The notes beneath the pieces are model-generated. The model ran no database searches, was not told the DNA's origin, and worked only from the letters and a program-made list of their open reading frames with translations. DNA of 64,000 nt from NCBI RefSeq assembly GCF_030013205.1, contig NZ_CP122648.1; one strand, written 5' to 3'. This document shows, piece by piece, positions 54,504-64,000 of the stretch. Both the position numbers and the translations under genes were made by a program. Position 1 is the stretch's first letter, and each line of letters begins with the position of its first letter. This stretch comes from Escherichia coli. Its GTDB lineage: Bacteria; Pseudomonadota; Gammaproteobacteria; Enterobacterales; Enterobacteriaceae.

Positions 54504-54570
54504 CCTTGCCGCGTCAGACAGATTCGCGTAAAACTGTCAGCCGCTCTAATGGCCACCAAAATAGACAATT

Positions 54571-56505
54571 ATGTTTCAGGACAACCCGCTGCTAGCGCAG
54601 CTTAAACAGCAACTGCATTCCCAGACGCCACGCGCTGAAGGGGTGGTAAAAGCCACAGAAAAAGGCTTTGGCTTCCTGGAAGTCGACGCGCAAAAAAGTT
54701 ATTTCATTCCGCCGCCGCAGATGAAAAAAGTCATGCATGGCGACCGAATTATCGCGGTTATCCACAGTGAAAAAGAACGTGAATCCGCAGAGCCAGAAGA
54801 ACTGGTTGAACCGTTTCTGACTCGTTTCGTGGGTAAAGTTCAGGGCAAAAATGACCGTCTGGCCATCGTTCCTGATCATCCACTCTTAAAAGACGCCATT
54901 CCTTGCCGCGCAGCCCGTGGCCTGAACCACGAGTTTAAAGAAGGCGACTGGGCGGTTGCCGAAATGCGCCGTCATCCGCTGAAAGGCGATCGTTCTTTCT
55001 ATGCTGAACTAACACAATACATCACTTTTGGTGACGACCACTTTGTACCGTGGTGGGTTACCCTTGCGCGCCATAATCTGGAAAAAGAAGCACCAGACGG
55101 CGTCGCTACCAAAATGCTCGATGAAGGTCTGGTTCGTGAAGATCTGACCGCGCTGGATTTTGTCACCATCGACAGTGCCAGCACAGAAGATATGGATGAC
55201 GCCCTTTTCGCTAAGGCGTTGCCGGATGACAAACTTCAGCTGATTGTGGCGATTGCCGATCCAACCGCGTGGATTGCTGAAGGCAGCAAGCTGGACAAAG
55301 CCGCGAAAATTCGCGCATTCACCAACTATCTGCCTGGCTTCAACATCCCTATGCTGCCTCGCGAGCTTTCTGACGATCTCTGCTCACTGCGCGCCAATGA
55401 AGTCCGCCCGGTACTGGCATGCCGCATGACGCTCTCCGCTGATGGCACCATTGAAGATAATATCGAATTCTTTGCTGCCACCATCGAATCCAAAGCGAAG
55501 CTGGTGTATGACCTGGTTTCTGACTGGCTGGAAAATACCGGTGACTGGAAGCCTGAAAGTGAAGCAATTGCCGAACAAGTCCGTTTGTTAGCGCAAATTT
55601 GCCAACGCCGCGGCGAGTGGCGTCATAACCACGCACTGGTATTTAAAGATCGCCCGGATTACCGCTTTATTCTCGGTGAAAAAGGTGAAGTGCTGGATAT
55701 CGTCGCCGAGCCTCGTCGCATTGCCAACCGTATCGTCGAAGAAGCGATGATTGCCGCTAACATTTGTGCGGCCCGCGTACTGCGCGATAAGCTCGGTTTT
55801 GGTATCTATAACGTGCATATGGGCTTTGATCCGGCAAATGCCGACGCGCTGGCAGCGTTGCTGAAAACGCACGGTCTGCATGTCGATGCCGAAGAAGTGC
55901 TCACGCTGGACGGTTTCTGCAAACTGCGTCGTGAACTGGATGCGCAACCAACTGGTTTCCTCGACAGCCGCATTCGTCGCTTCCAGTCATTTGCTGAAAT
56001 TAGCACTGAACCCGGTCCTCACTTTGGCCTCGGTCTGGAGGCATACGCCACCTGGACTTCGCCGATCCGTAAATATGGCGACATGATCAACCACCGTCTG
56101 CTGAAAGCGGTTATCAAAGGCGAAACTGCGACGCGTCCGCAGGATGAAATCACTGTCCAAATGGCCGAGCGTCGCCGTCTCAACCGAATGGCAGAACGTG
56201 ATGTTGGCGACTGGTTATACGCACGCTTCCTGAAAGACAAAGCCGGGACCGACACCCGTTTCGCGGCGGAAATTGTCGATATCAGCCGTGGTGGCATGCG
56301 TGTGCGTTTGGTTGATAACGGCGCTATCGCCTTTATTCCGGCACCTTTCTTACACGCTGTGCGCGATGAACTGGTTTGCAGCCAGGAAAACGGCACTGTA
56401 CAAATTAAAGGTGAAACGGCTTACAAAGTGACTGACGTTATTGACGTCACCATTGCCGAAGTCCGCATGGAAACCCGCAGCATTATTGCGCGCCCGGTCG
56501 CGTAA
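54571..56505 (+). CDS. rnb: Exoribonuclease II
   Basis: 644-aa ORF; recognised by sequence recall. Confidence 0.95.
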   Translation: MFQDNPLLAQLKQQLHSQTPRAEGVVKATEKGFGFLEVDAQKSYFIPPPQMKKVMHGDRIIAVIHSEKERESAEPEELVEPFLTRFVGKVQGKNDRLAIVPDHPLLKDAIPCRAARGLNHEFKEGDWAVAEMRRHPLKGDRSFYAELTQYITFGDDHFVPWWVTLARHNLEKEAPDGVATKMLDEGLVREDLTALDFVTIDSASTEDMDDALFAKALPDDKLQLIVAIADPTAWIAEGSKLDKAAKIRAFTNYLPGFNIPMLPRELSDDLCSLRANEVRPVLACRMTLSADGTIEDNIEFFAATIESKAKLVYDLVSDWLENTGDWKPESEAIAEQVRLLAQICQRRGEWRHNHALVFKDRPDYRFILGEKGEVLDIVAEPRRIANRIVEEAMIAANICAARVLRDKLGFGIYNVHMGFDPANADALAALLKTHGLHVDAEEVLTLDGFCKLRRELDAQPTGFLDSRIRRFQSFAEISTEPGPHFGLGLEAYATWTSPIRKYGDMINHRLLKAVIKGETATRPQDEITVQMAERRRLNRMAERDVGDWLYARFLKDKAGTDTRFAAEIVDISRGGMRVRLVDNGAIAFIPAPFLHAVRDELVCSQENGTVQIKGETAYKVTDVIDVTIAEVRMETRSIIARPVA

Positions 56506-56738
56506 TCTCCTTTCACGGCCCATTCCTCATGAATGGGCCGTTTATTTCCCCGCTCCACCTTCGTCATATCCCGGCAGATTTTTAACTGACTTTCGTTTGA
56601 AAACTGGCGTTTTTCCAAAACTGGATTACAAATAAATATATAAAAAAACAATGCGTTTAGCCGCCGTTAATTTCATGTAAGTCATGTTGTTCCTTTTATT
56701 TAACCGCGGACTCCGCTGTTAACCGGAGGATATGCATC

Positions 56739-58724
56739 ATGAAAACCGTTAGGGAGTCCACAACGTTGTACAACTTTCTCGGATCGCACAATCCATACTG
56801 GCGGTTAACGGAAAGCAGCGATGTTTTGCGCTTTTCTACCACCGAAACCACAGAACCTGAACGTACGTTGCAGTTATCTGCCGAACAGGCTGCTCGCATC
56901 AGGGAAATGACGGTCATCACCTCCAGCCTGATGATGAGTCTGACCGTCGATGAAAGTGATCTTTCTGTACATCTGGTAGGACGAAAAATCAATAAACGGG
57001 AATGGGCTGGCAACGCGTCTGCATGGCATGACACACCAGCAGTTGCTCGTGATTTATCACACGGGCTTTCCTTTGCTGAGCAGGTAGTTTCTGAAGCACA
57101 TTCCGCAATAGTGATTCTCGACAGCCGGGGGAATATCCAACGCTTCAATCGGTTATGTGAAGATTACACAGGGTTGAAAGAACATGACGTCATTGGGCAA
57201 AGCGTGTTTAAACTGTTTATGAGCCGTCGTGAAGCTGCGGCATCCAGGCGCAATAACCGTGTATTTTTTCGAAGCGGCAATGCATATGAAGTCGAACTGT
57301 GGATACCAACACGTAAAGGCCAGCGGCTGTTTCTGTTTCGCAATAAATTTGTCCACAGCGGCAGTGGCAAGAACGAGATTTTTTTAATCTGTTCCGGCAC
57401 CGACATTACCGAAGAGCGCCGCGCTCAGGAGCGACTGCGTATTCTGGCAAATACCGACAGTATCACCGGACTGCCGAATCGTAACGCAATGCAGGAGTTA
57501 ATCGATCACGCCATTAATCAGGCAGATAACAATAAAGTTGGGGTTGTGTATCTTGATTTGGATAATTTTAAAAAGGTCAACGACGCTTATGGGCATTTGT
57601 TTGGTGACCAGCTATTACGCGACGTGTCATTGGCCATTTTAAGCTGTCTCGAACATGATCAGGTGTTGGCGCGTCCAGGTGGCGATGAGTTTCTGGTACT
57701 GGCATCCAATACCTCACAAAGCGCGCTGGAAGCAATGGCATCACGAATTTTGACTCGCTTACGACTCCCCTTCCGCATTGGTTTAATTGAAGTTTATACC
57801 AGCTGTTCAGTGGGTATTTCACTCTCTCCCGAACATGGTTCGGACAGCGCGGCTATTATTCGTCACGCCGACACAGCAATGTACACAGCGAAGGAAGGCG
57901 GACGAGGACAATTTTGCGTTTTTACTCCAGAAATGAATCAGCGGGTATTTGAATATCTCTGGCTGGATACCAACTTGCGTAAAGCACTGGAAAACGATCA
58001 GTTGGTTATTCACTATCAACCGAAAATCACCTGGCGTGGCGAAGTGCGCAGTCTGGAAGCACTAGTACGTTGGCAGTCACCTGAACGTGGGTTGATTCCA
58101 CCGTTGGACTTCATTTCCTACGCCGAAGAGTCAGGGCTAATTGTGCCTTTAGGCCGTTGGGTGATTCTCGATGTCGTACGCCAGGTGGCAAAGTGGCGGG
58201 ATAAAGGTATTAACCTGCGAGTGGCGGTAAACATTTCTGCACGTCAGCTCGCCGATCAAACCATTTTCACCGCCCTGAAACAGGTTCTCCAGGAACTCAA
58301 TTTTGAATACTGCCCTATTGATGTTGAACTGACGGAGAGCTGCCTGATTGAGAATGATGAACTGGCACTTTCTGTTATTCAACAATTTAGCCAACTAGGT
58401 GCGCAAGTGCATCTGGACGATTTTGGTACCGGCTACTCTTCACTTTCGCAACTGGCGCGCTTTCCGATCGATGCCATCAAACTTGACCAGGTTTTTGTTC
58501 GAGATATTCACAAACAACCTGTCTCGCAGTCACTGGTCCGGGCGATCGTCGCTGTGGCCCAGGCATTGAATCTTCAGGTGATCGCTGAAGGAGTGGAGAG
58601 TAAAAAGGAAGATGCTTTTTTAACCAAGAACGGGATCAATGAGCGGCAAGGATTTTTGTTTGCCAAACCGATGCCCGCCGTCGCCTTCGAACGTTGGTAT
58701 AAACGCTATCTGAAGCGCGCATAA
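56739..58724 (+). CDS. pdeR: Cyclic-di-GMP phosphodiesterase with PAS, GGDEF and EAL domains
   Basis: 661-aa ORF; EAL motif (EALVRWQ) present. Confidence 0.9.
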   Translation: MKTVRESTTLYNFLGSHNPYWRLTESSDVLRFSTTETTEPERTLQLSAEQAARIREMTVITSSLMMSLTVDESDLSVHLVGRKINKREWAGNASAWHDTPAVARDLSHGLSFAEQVVSEAHSAIVILDSRGNIQRFNRLCEDYTGLKEHDVIGQSVFKLFMSRREAAASRRNNRVFFRSGNAYEVELWIPTRKGQRLFLFRNKFVHSGSGKNEIFLICSGTDITEERRAQERLRILANTDSITGLPNRNAMQELIDHAINQADNNKVGVVYLDLDNFKKVNDAYGHLFGDQLLRDVSLAILSCLEHDQVLARPGGDEFLVLASNTSQSALEAMASRILTRLRLPFRIGLIEVYTSCSVGISLSPEHGSDSAAIIRHADTAMYTAKEGGRGQFCVFTPEMNQRVFEYLWLDTNLRKALENDQLVIHYQPKITWRGEVRSLEALVRWQSPERGLIPPLDFISYAEESGLIVPLGRWVILDVVRQVAKWRDKGINLRVAVNISARQLADQTIFTALKQVLQELNFEYCPIDVELTESCLIENDELALSVIQQFSQLGAQVHLDDFGTGYSSLSQLARFPIDAIKLDQVFVRDIHKQPVSQSLVRAIVAVAQALNLQVIAEGVESKKEDAFLTKNGINERQGFLFAKPMPAVAFERWYKRYLKRA

Positions 58725-58871
58725 GTAGATGAATATATATACTTAGCGATATATTCCGTAATTATATATCGTATTCCCGGATGATAATTAGCCGTTGCTG
58801 TTAAACACTTCTCTTTTAGCGGCAATTTTTGCATTATTCATTTTCCCACTTTTGCTATAAGGATGTCCTTG

Positions 58872-59045
58872 ATGTCTGAATTTGATGCCCAGCGCGTTGC
58901 CGAACGTATTGATATTGTGTTAGATATCCTTGTGGCAGGCGATTACCACTCTGCGATCCATAATCTCGAGATACTTAAAGCAGAACTCTTGCGCCAGGTT
59001 GCTGAATCTACGCCAGACATCCCGAAGGCACCGTGGGAGATTTAA
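58872..59045 (+). CDS. yciZ: Small protein of unknown function (UPF0509)
   Basis: ORF 58863-59045; start tentatively placed at MSEFDAQ. Confidence 0.6.
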
Positions 59046-59134
59046 CAATCGTGCCTTCAGGTTTTCCTATTTGAGGATGCCCGGCGCGTCAGTATTTTTT
59101 TATTTAGTATTATAACGTTATAAGAATTACAGCG

Positions 59135-59884
59135 ATGAATTCCCGACAACAAACTATTCTACAGATGGTCATTGACCAGGGTCAGGTTAGCGTAACCGAT
59201 CTGGCAAAAGCCACTGGAGTTTCTGAAGTTACCATTCGCCAGGATCTCAACACCCTCGAAAAACTGAGTTACCTCCGCCGTGCACATGGTTTTGCAGTTT
59301 CGCTTGATAGTGATGACGTCGAAACCCGTATGATGAGCAACTATACGCTGAAGCGTGAACTCGCCGAGTTTGCCGCGTCACTGGTTCAACCGGGCGAAAC
59401 CATCTTTATCGAAAATGGCAGCAGCAATGCCCTGCTCGCCCGGACTCTGGGCGAGCAGAAGAAAAATGTCACGATCATCACGGTCAGCAGCTACATCGCG
59501 CATTTGCTGAAAGACGCGCCTTGTGAAGTCATTTTGCTCGGTGGCGTGTACCAGAAAAAAAGCGAAAGTATGGTTGGTCCTTTGACACGCCAGTGCATCC
59601 AACAGGTGCATTTCAGCAAAGCATTTATTGGTATTGATGGCTGGCAACCTGAAACTGGGTTTACCGGTCGCGATATGATGCGTACCGATGTGGTCAATGC
59701 CGTGCTGGAAAAAGAGTGCGAAGCGATAGTCCTGACTGACAGCTCGAAATTTGGTGCTGTACATTCATACTCCATCGGCCCCGTTGAGCGATTCAATCGC
59801 GTGATTACCGATTCGAAAATACGCGCCAGCGATCTGATGCATCTTGAGCACAGTAAACTCACCGTTCACGTCGTTGACATTTAA
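59135..59884 (+). CDS. yciT: DeoR-family transcriptional regulator
   Basis: 249-aa ORF with N-terminal DeoR HTH. Confidence 0.85.
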   Translation: MNSRQQTILQMVIDQGQVSVTDLAKATGVSEVTIRQDLNTLEKLSYLRRAHGFAVSLDSDDVETRMMSNYTLKRELAEFAASLVQPGETIFIENGSSNALLARTLGEQKKNVTIITVSSYIAHLLKDAPCEVILLGGVYQKKSESMVGPLTRQCIQQVHFSKAFIGIDGWQPETGFTGRDMMRTDVVNAVLEKECEAIVLTDSSKFGAVHSYSIGPVERFNRVITDSKIRASDLMHLEHSKLTVHVVDI

Positions 59885-59901
59885 CCATTTCCCTTCTCTA
59901 C

Positions 59902-59929
59902 GGATGATTTGCTGTTTTGCAAATCATCC
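59902..59929 (+). terminator. 11-bp perfect-stem hairpin (GGATGATTTGC / GCAAATCATCC) after yciT; weak U-tract
   Basis: Starts 18 nt after the yciT stop. Confidence 0.4.
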
Positions 59930-60152
59930 GCTCTAAGATGATTCCTGGTTGATAATTAAGACTATTTACCTGTTATTAACACTCTCAAGATATAAAATTA
60001 TTATCAGCGATATAACAGGAAGTCATTATCACCTGCGTGATATAACCCTGCGCGCGAGCGGATTTCACGGAATAATTTCACCTGGCTTATTCTTAGCTAT
60101 TATAGTTATAGAGAGCTTACTTCCGTGAATCATAAATTCAGGAGAGAGTATT

Positions 60153-60371
60153 ATGTTTGTAACGAGCAAAAAAATGACCGCGGCTGTTCTGGCAATTACC
60201 CTGGCAATGTCTCTGAGTGCCTGTTCTAACTGGTCTAAACGGGACCGCAACACCGCAATCGGTGCAGGTGCAGGGGCATTAGGCGGTGCAGTACTGACCG
60301 ATGGCAGTACGTTGGGTACATTAGGTGGTGCAGCCGTCGGTGGTGTTATTGGTCACCAGGTCGGTAAATAA
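60153..60371 (+). CDS. osmB: Osmotically inducible lipoprotein B
   Basis: 72-aa ORF with lipobox (LSAC) and glycine-zipper repeats. Confidence 0.95.
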   Translation: MFVTSKKMTAAVLAITLAMSLSACSNWSKRDRNTAIGAGAGALGGAVLTDGSTLGTLGGAAVGGVIGHQVGK

Positions 60372-60467
60372 TCGTAAATAAATGTCGATTATCGACTCGC
60401 AATTATAATACGCTTGATTCTGTTCAGTACGAAATAACTGAATAATACACACAGTAAAATATTCGAA

Positions 60468-60495
60468 AGCCACGGATATATCCGTGGCTTTTTAT
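60468..60495 (+). terminator. Intrinsic terminator after osmB (AGCCACGGA-TATA-TCCGTGGCT then TTTTAT)
   Basis: Perfect 9-bp stem followed by a T-tract; ends 2 nt before the yciH stop. Confidence 0.75.
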
Positions 60496-60496
60496 G

Positions 60497-60823
60497 TTAG
60501 CCGCCTGCGAGTTTTACCTTCATCCCTTTCGCTTCAAGCAGTGATTTTAATAAATCACGCTTATCGCCCTGGATTTCAATAATTCCATCTTTAACTGCTC
60601 CGCCGCAGCCGCATTTTTTCTTCAGTTCCGCTGCCAGTTTCGTCAGTTCGGCATCATCGAGATCGACACCGGTAATCAGGCAAACGCCCTTACCTTTACG
60701 TCCACTGGTCTGACGCTGAATACGCACCACACCGTCGCCTTTAGGGCGTACAGGGGCCGCTTTTGGCTCATCAATACGTCCGGTTTCCGTTGAGTAGACC
60801 AGACGGCTGTTGGAATCACTCAT
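60497..60823 (-). CDS. yciH: SUI1/eIF1-family translation factor homologue
   Basis: ORF 60497-60826; start placed at the second Met, overlapping the pyrF stop. Confidence 0.85.
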   Translation of the reverse strand: MSDSNSRLVYSTETGRIDEPKAAPVRPKGDGVVRIQRQTSGRKGKGVCLITGVDLDDAELTKLAAELKKKCGCGGAVKDGIIEIQGDKRDLLKSLLEAKGMKVKLAGG

Positions 60824-61560
60824 CATGCACTCCGCTGTAAAGAGGCGTTGATCGCTTTCAGCGTCTGCGCTGGATCTACCGATTGCGTTACCGGGCGACC
60901 AATCACCATATAATCAACACCAGCCGCCAACGCCTGTTCTGGCGTCATAATGCGGCGCTGGTCACCTGCTTCACTCCCCTGCGGACGAATGCCCGGTGTA
61001 ACCAGTTTGAACTCCTGACCGAATACCTGTTTAAAGCGCACAGCTTCCTGAGCAGAACACACCACACCATCAAGGCCACATTTTTGCGTCAGTGCCGCCA
61101 GACGTTCTGCATAATCTGCAGGTGACAGTGTCACGCCAAGATCGGCCAGGTCGCTGGCTTCCATGCTGGTCAATACTGTCACCGCAATCAAAAGCGGTGC
61201 ATCTTTGCCAAACGGAACCAGTGCCTCACGCGCTGCGGTCATCATACGCGCCCCACCGGAGGCGTGAACATTCACCATCCACACGCCTAAGTCAGCTGCA
61301 GCAGCGACAGCGTGCGCTGCAGTGTTGGGAATATCGTGAAATTTCAGGTCGAGGAAGATATCAAAACCACGCTGTTGAAGTTCGCGTACAAATTGAGGTC
61401 CAAACAGCGTAAACATCTCTTTGCCGACTTTCAGACGACAATCGCGTGGGTCGATCTTGTCGACAAAGGCCAGCGCGGCATCACGATTATGATAATCAAG
61501 GGCAACAACCACAGGAGAATTCGTAACAGCGCGGGAAGAAGATGAAGCAGTTAACGTCAT
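60823..61560 (-). CDS. pyrF: Orotidine-5'-phosphate decarboxylase
   Basis: ORF 60823-61620; start placed at [11 protein letters not shown] to give 245 aa. Confidence 0.9.
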   Translation of the reverse strand: MTLTASSSSRAVTNSPVVVALDYHNRDAALAFVDKIDPRDCRLKVGKEMFTLFGPQFVRELQQRGFDIFLDLKFHDIPNTAAHAVAAAADLGVWMVNVHASGGARMMTAAREALVPFGKDAPLLIAVTVLTSMEASDLADLGVTLSPADYAERLAALTQKCGLDGVVCSAQEAVRFKQVFGQEFKLVTPGIRPQGSEAGDQRRIMTPEQALAAGVDYMVIGRPVTQSVDPAQTLKAINASLQRSA

Positions 61561-61750
61561 GACCAGACCTTCTTGATGATGGGCACCGGAAGTGGCGCGA
61601 AACAGGTAAACGGCGAGCATTCTACCCGTGGAAATAAAAAATTAACAGTTGCGATTTCTCCCCTGGCAGGCTTTTCTGCGCCCGAGTTACCGGAGCACAA
61701 TGAACATTAATTATTAGTATGTTGTAACTAAAGTCGGATTTTTTTAAAAA

Positions 61751-62920
61751 TTACAGGCCGTCAAGACCGCGAATCGGTTTAATGGTTGACCAGGCCCGAC
61801 AAGACGGACAATGCCAGTAGAGGGTGTATGCGGTAAAACCACATTTCTGGCAGCGATAACGAGGCTTACTACGCACCTTCTCGCCAACCATGTCACGCAG
61901 CACCATCAGACTCTCTTTGGCACGCCCTTCTTCCGCTTCATTTAAGTGGTAATCCATAAGCTTATGGAACACACGCATGGTCGGATGACGCTGAAGCTGA
62001 CGCGTAATATAGACCTGTGCGGCCTCACTACCGTCGCGCGCTTCGATGATGTCCGCAAGCATCAGTTCAGCATCGGCACCGGTGTTCTCTTCCACCGCGC
62101 GCTGCAGGAACTCTGCCCATTCGGCAGTTTTACCCAACTGCTGGTAGCAGGTTTGCAGCATTTCCAGCGTTTCGCTGACCAGTTCTCTGTCCTGGGATAT
62201 CACGCGTTGCAGACTTTCGACGGCTTTGGCGTATTCTCCTTTCGCCATAAATACGCGTCCCATCATGATGGATACGCGGGCGCTGTTTTTATCTGCCGCC
62301 GCACCTTTTTTTAACAAGGCCATGGCACGATCGAGATCGTCGCTGGCCATATGCTGCAGGGCTAACTCACAGTAGAAATGGGCAATTTCGACGCGCTGTT
62401 TATCTTTACCCAGCTTCACCAGGCGTTCGGCAACATCAATTGCTTTCTGCCACTCGCTGGTAGCCTGGTAGATTTGTAGCAACTGTTGCAGCGCGCCAAT
62501 GCGGAAGTCAGTTTCATCGGTCAGCTGATTGAACATGTCTTCCGCGCGGTCGTATAACCCGGCGGCCATGTAATCACGCCCCAGTTGTTGAATCGCCAAC
62601 AGACGCTGTTCATAGGTCAGCGAGGCGCTTTCCATTAGGGTCTGATGGATGCGAATAGCGCGATCAACTTCGCCACGCGAACGGAACAGGTTTCCGAGCG
62701 TAAGGTGGGCTTCAACGGTACCCGTATCCTCTTTAAGCATATCGAGAAACAGGTCTACCGCTTTATCCTGTTGATTACTAAGCAGGAAGTTAACCCCCGC
62801 TACGTAATCACGCGACAAGCGGTTGGCTTCATCTTGCTTGTTTTGTTGCGCACTTCTGCGGCCCATATACCAGCCATAGGCAGCGGCTACAGGCAAAAGC
62901 AGAAACAACAACTCCAGCAT
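61751..62920 (-). CDS. lapB: LPS assembly regulator LapB (TPR repeats plus C-terminal rubredoxin-like CxxC pairs)
   Basis: 389-aa ORF; C-terminus has CQKCG...CPSC. Confidence 0.9.
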   Translation of the reverse strand: MLELLFLLLPVAAAYGWYMGRRSAQQNKQDEANRLSRDYVAGVNFLLSNQQDKAVDLFLDMLKEDTGTVEAHLTLGNLFRSRGEVDRAIRIHQTLMESASLTYEQRLLAIQQLGRDYMAAGLYDRAEDMFNQLTDETDFRIGALQQLLQIYQATSEWQKAIDVAERLVKLGKDKQRVEIAHFYCELALQHMASDDLDRAMALLKKGAAADKNSARVSIMMGRVFMAKGEYAKAVESLQRVISQDRELVSETLEMLQTCYQQLGKTAEWAEFLQRAVEENTGADAELMLADIIEARDGSEAAQVYITRQLQRHPTMRVFHKLMDYHLNEAEEGRAKESLMVLRDMVGEKVRSKPRYRCQKCGFTAYTLYWHCPSCRAWSTIKPIRGLDGL

Positions 62921-62926
62921 AGAAAG

Positions 62927-63235
62927 TTATTCCTTCGCCGCTGACGAATGCGGCGCTACAGCCACGTCAGTCGCGGGTGAAAGCTGGTTTTCCAGTCGCT
63001 TTATTTTACGTTCAGCGCGCGCCAGGGAAACACGAACTCGCAGCCAGAACAGACCGCAAATCAGCCAACCGATAGCAAACCCCGCAGCAAACAATACCGC
63101 CAGCAATGTGGAAATACGGTACTCCCCTTGCGCTAACAGATAATTAAACGTCACCTGTTGATCGTTCTGCGCACCTAACGTGACCGAAATCACGAAGATC
63201 GCTAACACCAGTAAGAAAATGAGTAAATATTTCAC
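62927..63235 (-). CDS. lapA: LPS assembly protein LapA (small inner-membrane protein)
   Basis: 102-aa ORF with two hydrophobic helices. Confidence 0.85.
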   Translation of the reverse strand: MKYLLIFLLVLAIFVISVTLGAQNDQQVTFNYLLAQGEYRISTLLAVLFAAGFAIGWLICGLFWLRVRVSLARAERKIKRLENQLSPATDVAVAPHSSAAKE

Positions 63236-63383
63236 ATTACTTCCCGTTATGTGGTTAGAGCGAATAAATTATGGTCAACTTACCGCAATAGCCCTTTAAA
63301 GTACCATTTTCGCGCCGTCTGCGAAATGGCATCCACGCGCATTGTTGATGATTTAAGGGCTAAATTCGGAAAATCAACCAGCG

Positions 63384-64000
63384 TTAACTTTCTTGTTCTC
63401 GTTGTGCAATTTCGCGATTTTCTTCCGCAGGTGGTGTTAATGGCCCACAAATTCGTTGCGCAAGCCACGTTGCCACCGCCACCAGCGCCCACGAAATCAA
63501 CGTAGCTACCACCAGATCGCGTGGCCAATGCATCCCGAGCAGCAGGCGGCTTCCCATGACTCCCGTTGCCCAGACCAACAAGATAGCAATGGTTAATGTT
63601 CGCCGACGCGGCCACAGCAAACCAACGGCCAGCAGCGCCCAACTGGCAGCAAACATCGTGTGACCGGAAGGAAAGGCAAACCCAGTCTCTTTCTGCCAGT
63701 GTGAACGCAAATATTGTGGGATGTTTTTCTCTTCAGCCAACTGTTCTTTCACTAGATTTCCGCGTTCTGCTCGCTTTAAAGTGTAGAACTCATCAACCGG
63801 AATATGATGTGTTTTTTCCAGCCAGATAACAAAAGGTCGTGGTTCCTGGACTTTGTCTTTGATCCAGGATTTAACGCCTTGTCCCACAAGAATTGCCGCC
63901 GCCAGAATGGCAAATAACATAATGGCAGCCTTAATGCGAAAACGCAGACACCAGAGAAACCAACCGAATAAAATCAAATGTGTAATGACGCCCCAGGGCT
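63384..64000 (-). CDS. pgpB: Phosphatidylglycerophosphatase B (PAP2 family), 5' end beyond the window
   Basis: ORF runs off the window edge; C-terminal 197 aa match recalled PgpB. Confidence 0.85.
   Translation of the reverse strand, partial: PWGVITHLILFGWFLWCLRFRIKAAIMLFAILAAAILVGQGVKSWIKDKVQEPRPFVIWLEKTHHIPVDEFYTLKRAERGNLVKEQLAEEKNIPQYLRSHWQKETGFAFPSGHTMFAASWALLAVGLLWPRRRTLTIAILLVWATGVMGSRLLLGMHWPRDLVVATLISWALVAVATWLAQRICGPLTPPAEENREIAQREQES

Noticed and set aside
38977-60114. 15-bp exact match TTATAGTTATAGAGA upstream of sapA (38977-38991) and upstream of osmB (60100-60114)
   Set aside because: Several exact 15-mer matches are expected by chance in a 64-kb window on two strands, the sequence is low-complexity, and the flanks do not extend the similarity.

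Overview
The window reads as an Escherichia coli / Shigella-type chromosomal segment, in reverse orientation relative to the K-12 map order as I recall it (ynaI end to pgpB). Left to right: mppA, pgrR, ycjY-ymjD-ymjC, an IS1 copy, mpaA, ycjG, tpx, tyrR, ycjXF, ycjW, ompG, the ycjV-to-ycjM sugar operon, pspEDCBA and pspF, the puu putrescine cluster, ymjA, sapABCDF, a five-gene efflux cluster, fabI, yciW, rnb, pdeR, yciZ, yciT, osmB, yciH, pyrF, lapB, lapA and a partial pgpB. All gene names come from recognising protein sequences by memory; no database search was run. Most of the window is ordinary core genome. The main candidate for an accessory system is the TetR / membrane-fusion / RND / outer-membrane-factor / MFS cluster at 44474-51966, which sits where I recall ycjD lying between sapF and fabI in K-12. 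The second point of interest is the murein-peptide recycling locus (2116-7559), which carries three separate lesions visible in the sequence: an in-frame TAA truncating pgrR, an IS1 with a perfect 9-bp target-site duplication in the 3' end of ymjC, and a frameshift splitting ycjG. Two long exact repeats are also reported: a 30-bp direct repeat upstream of both mppA and mpaA, and a 17-bp repeat upstream of ycjM and ycjU that may be a YcjW operator. No rRNA, tRNA, CRISPR array or prophage was recognised.
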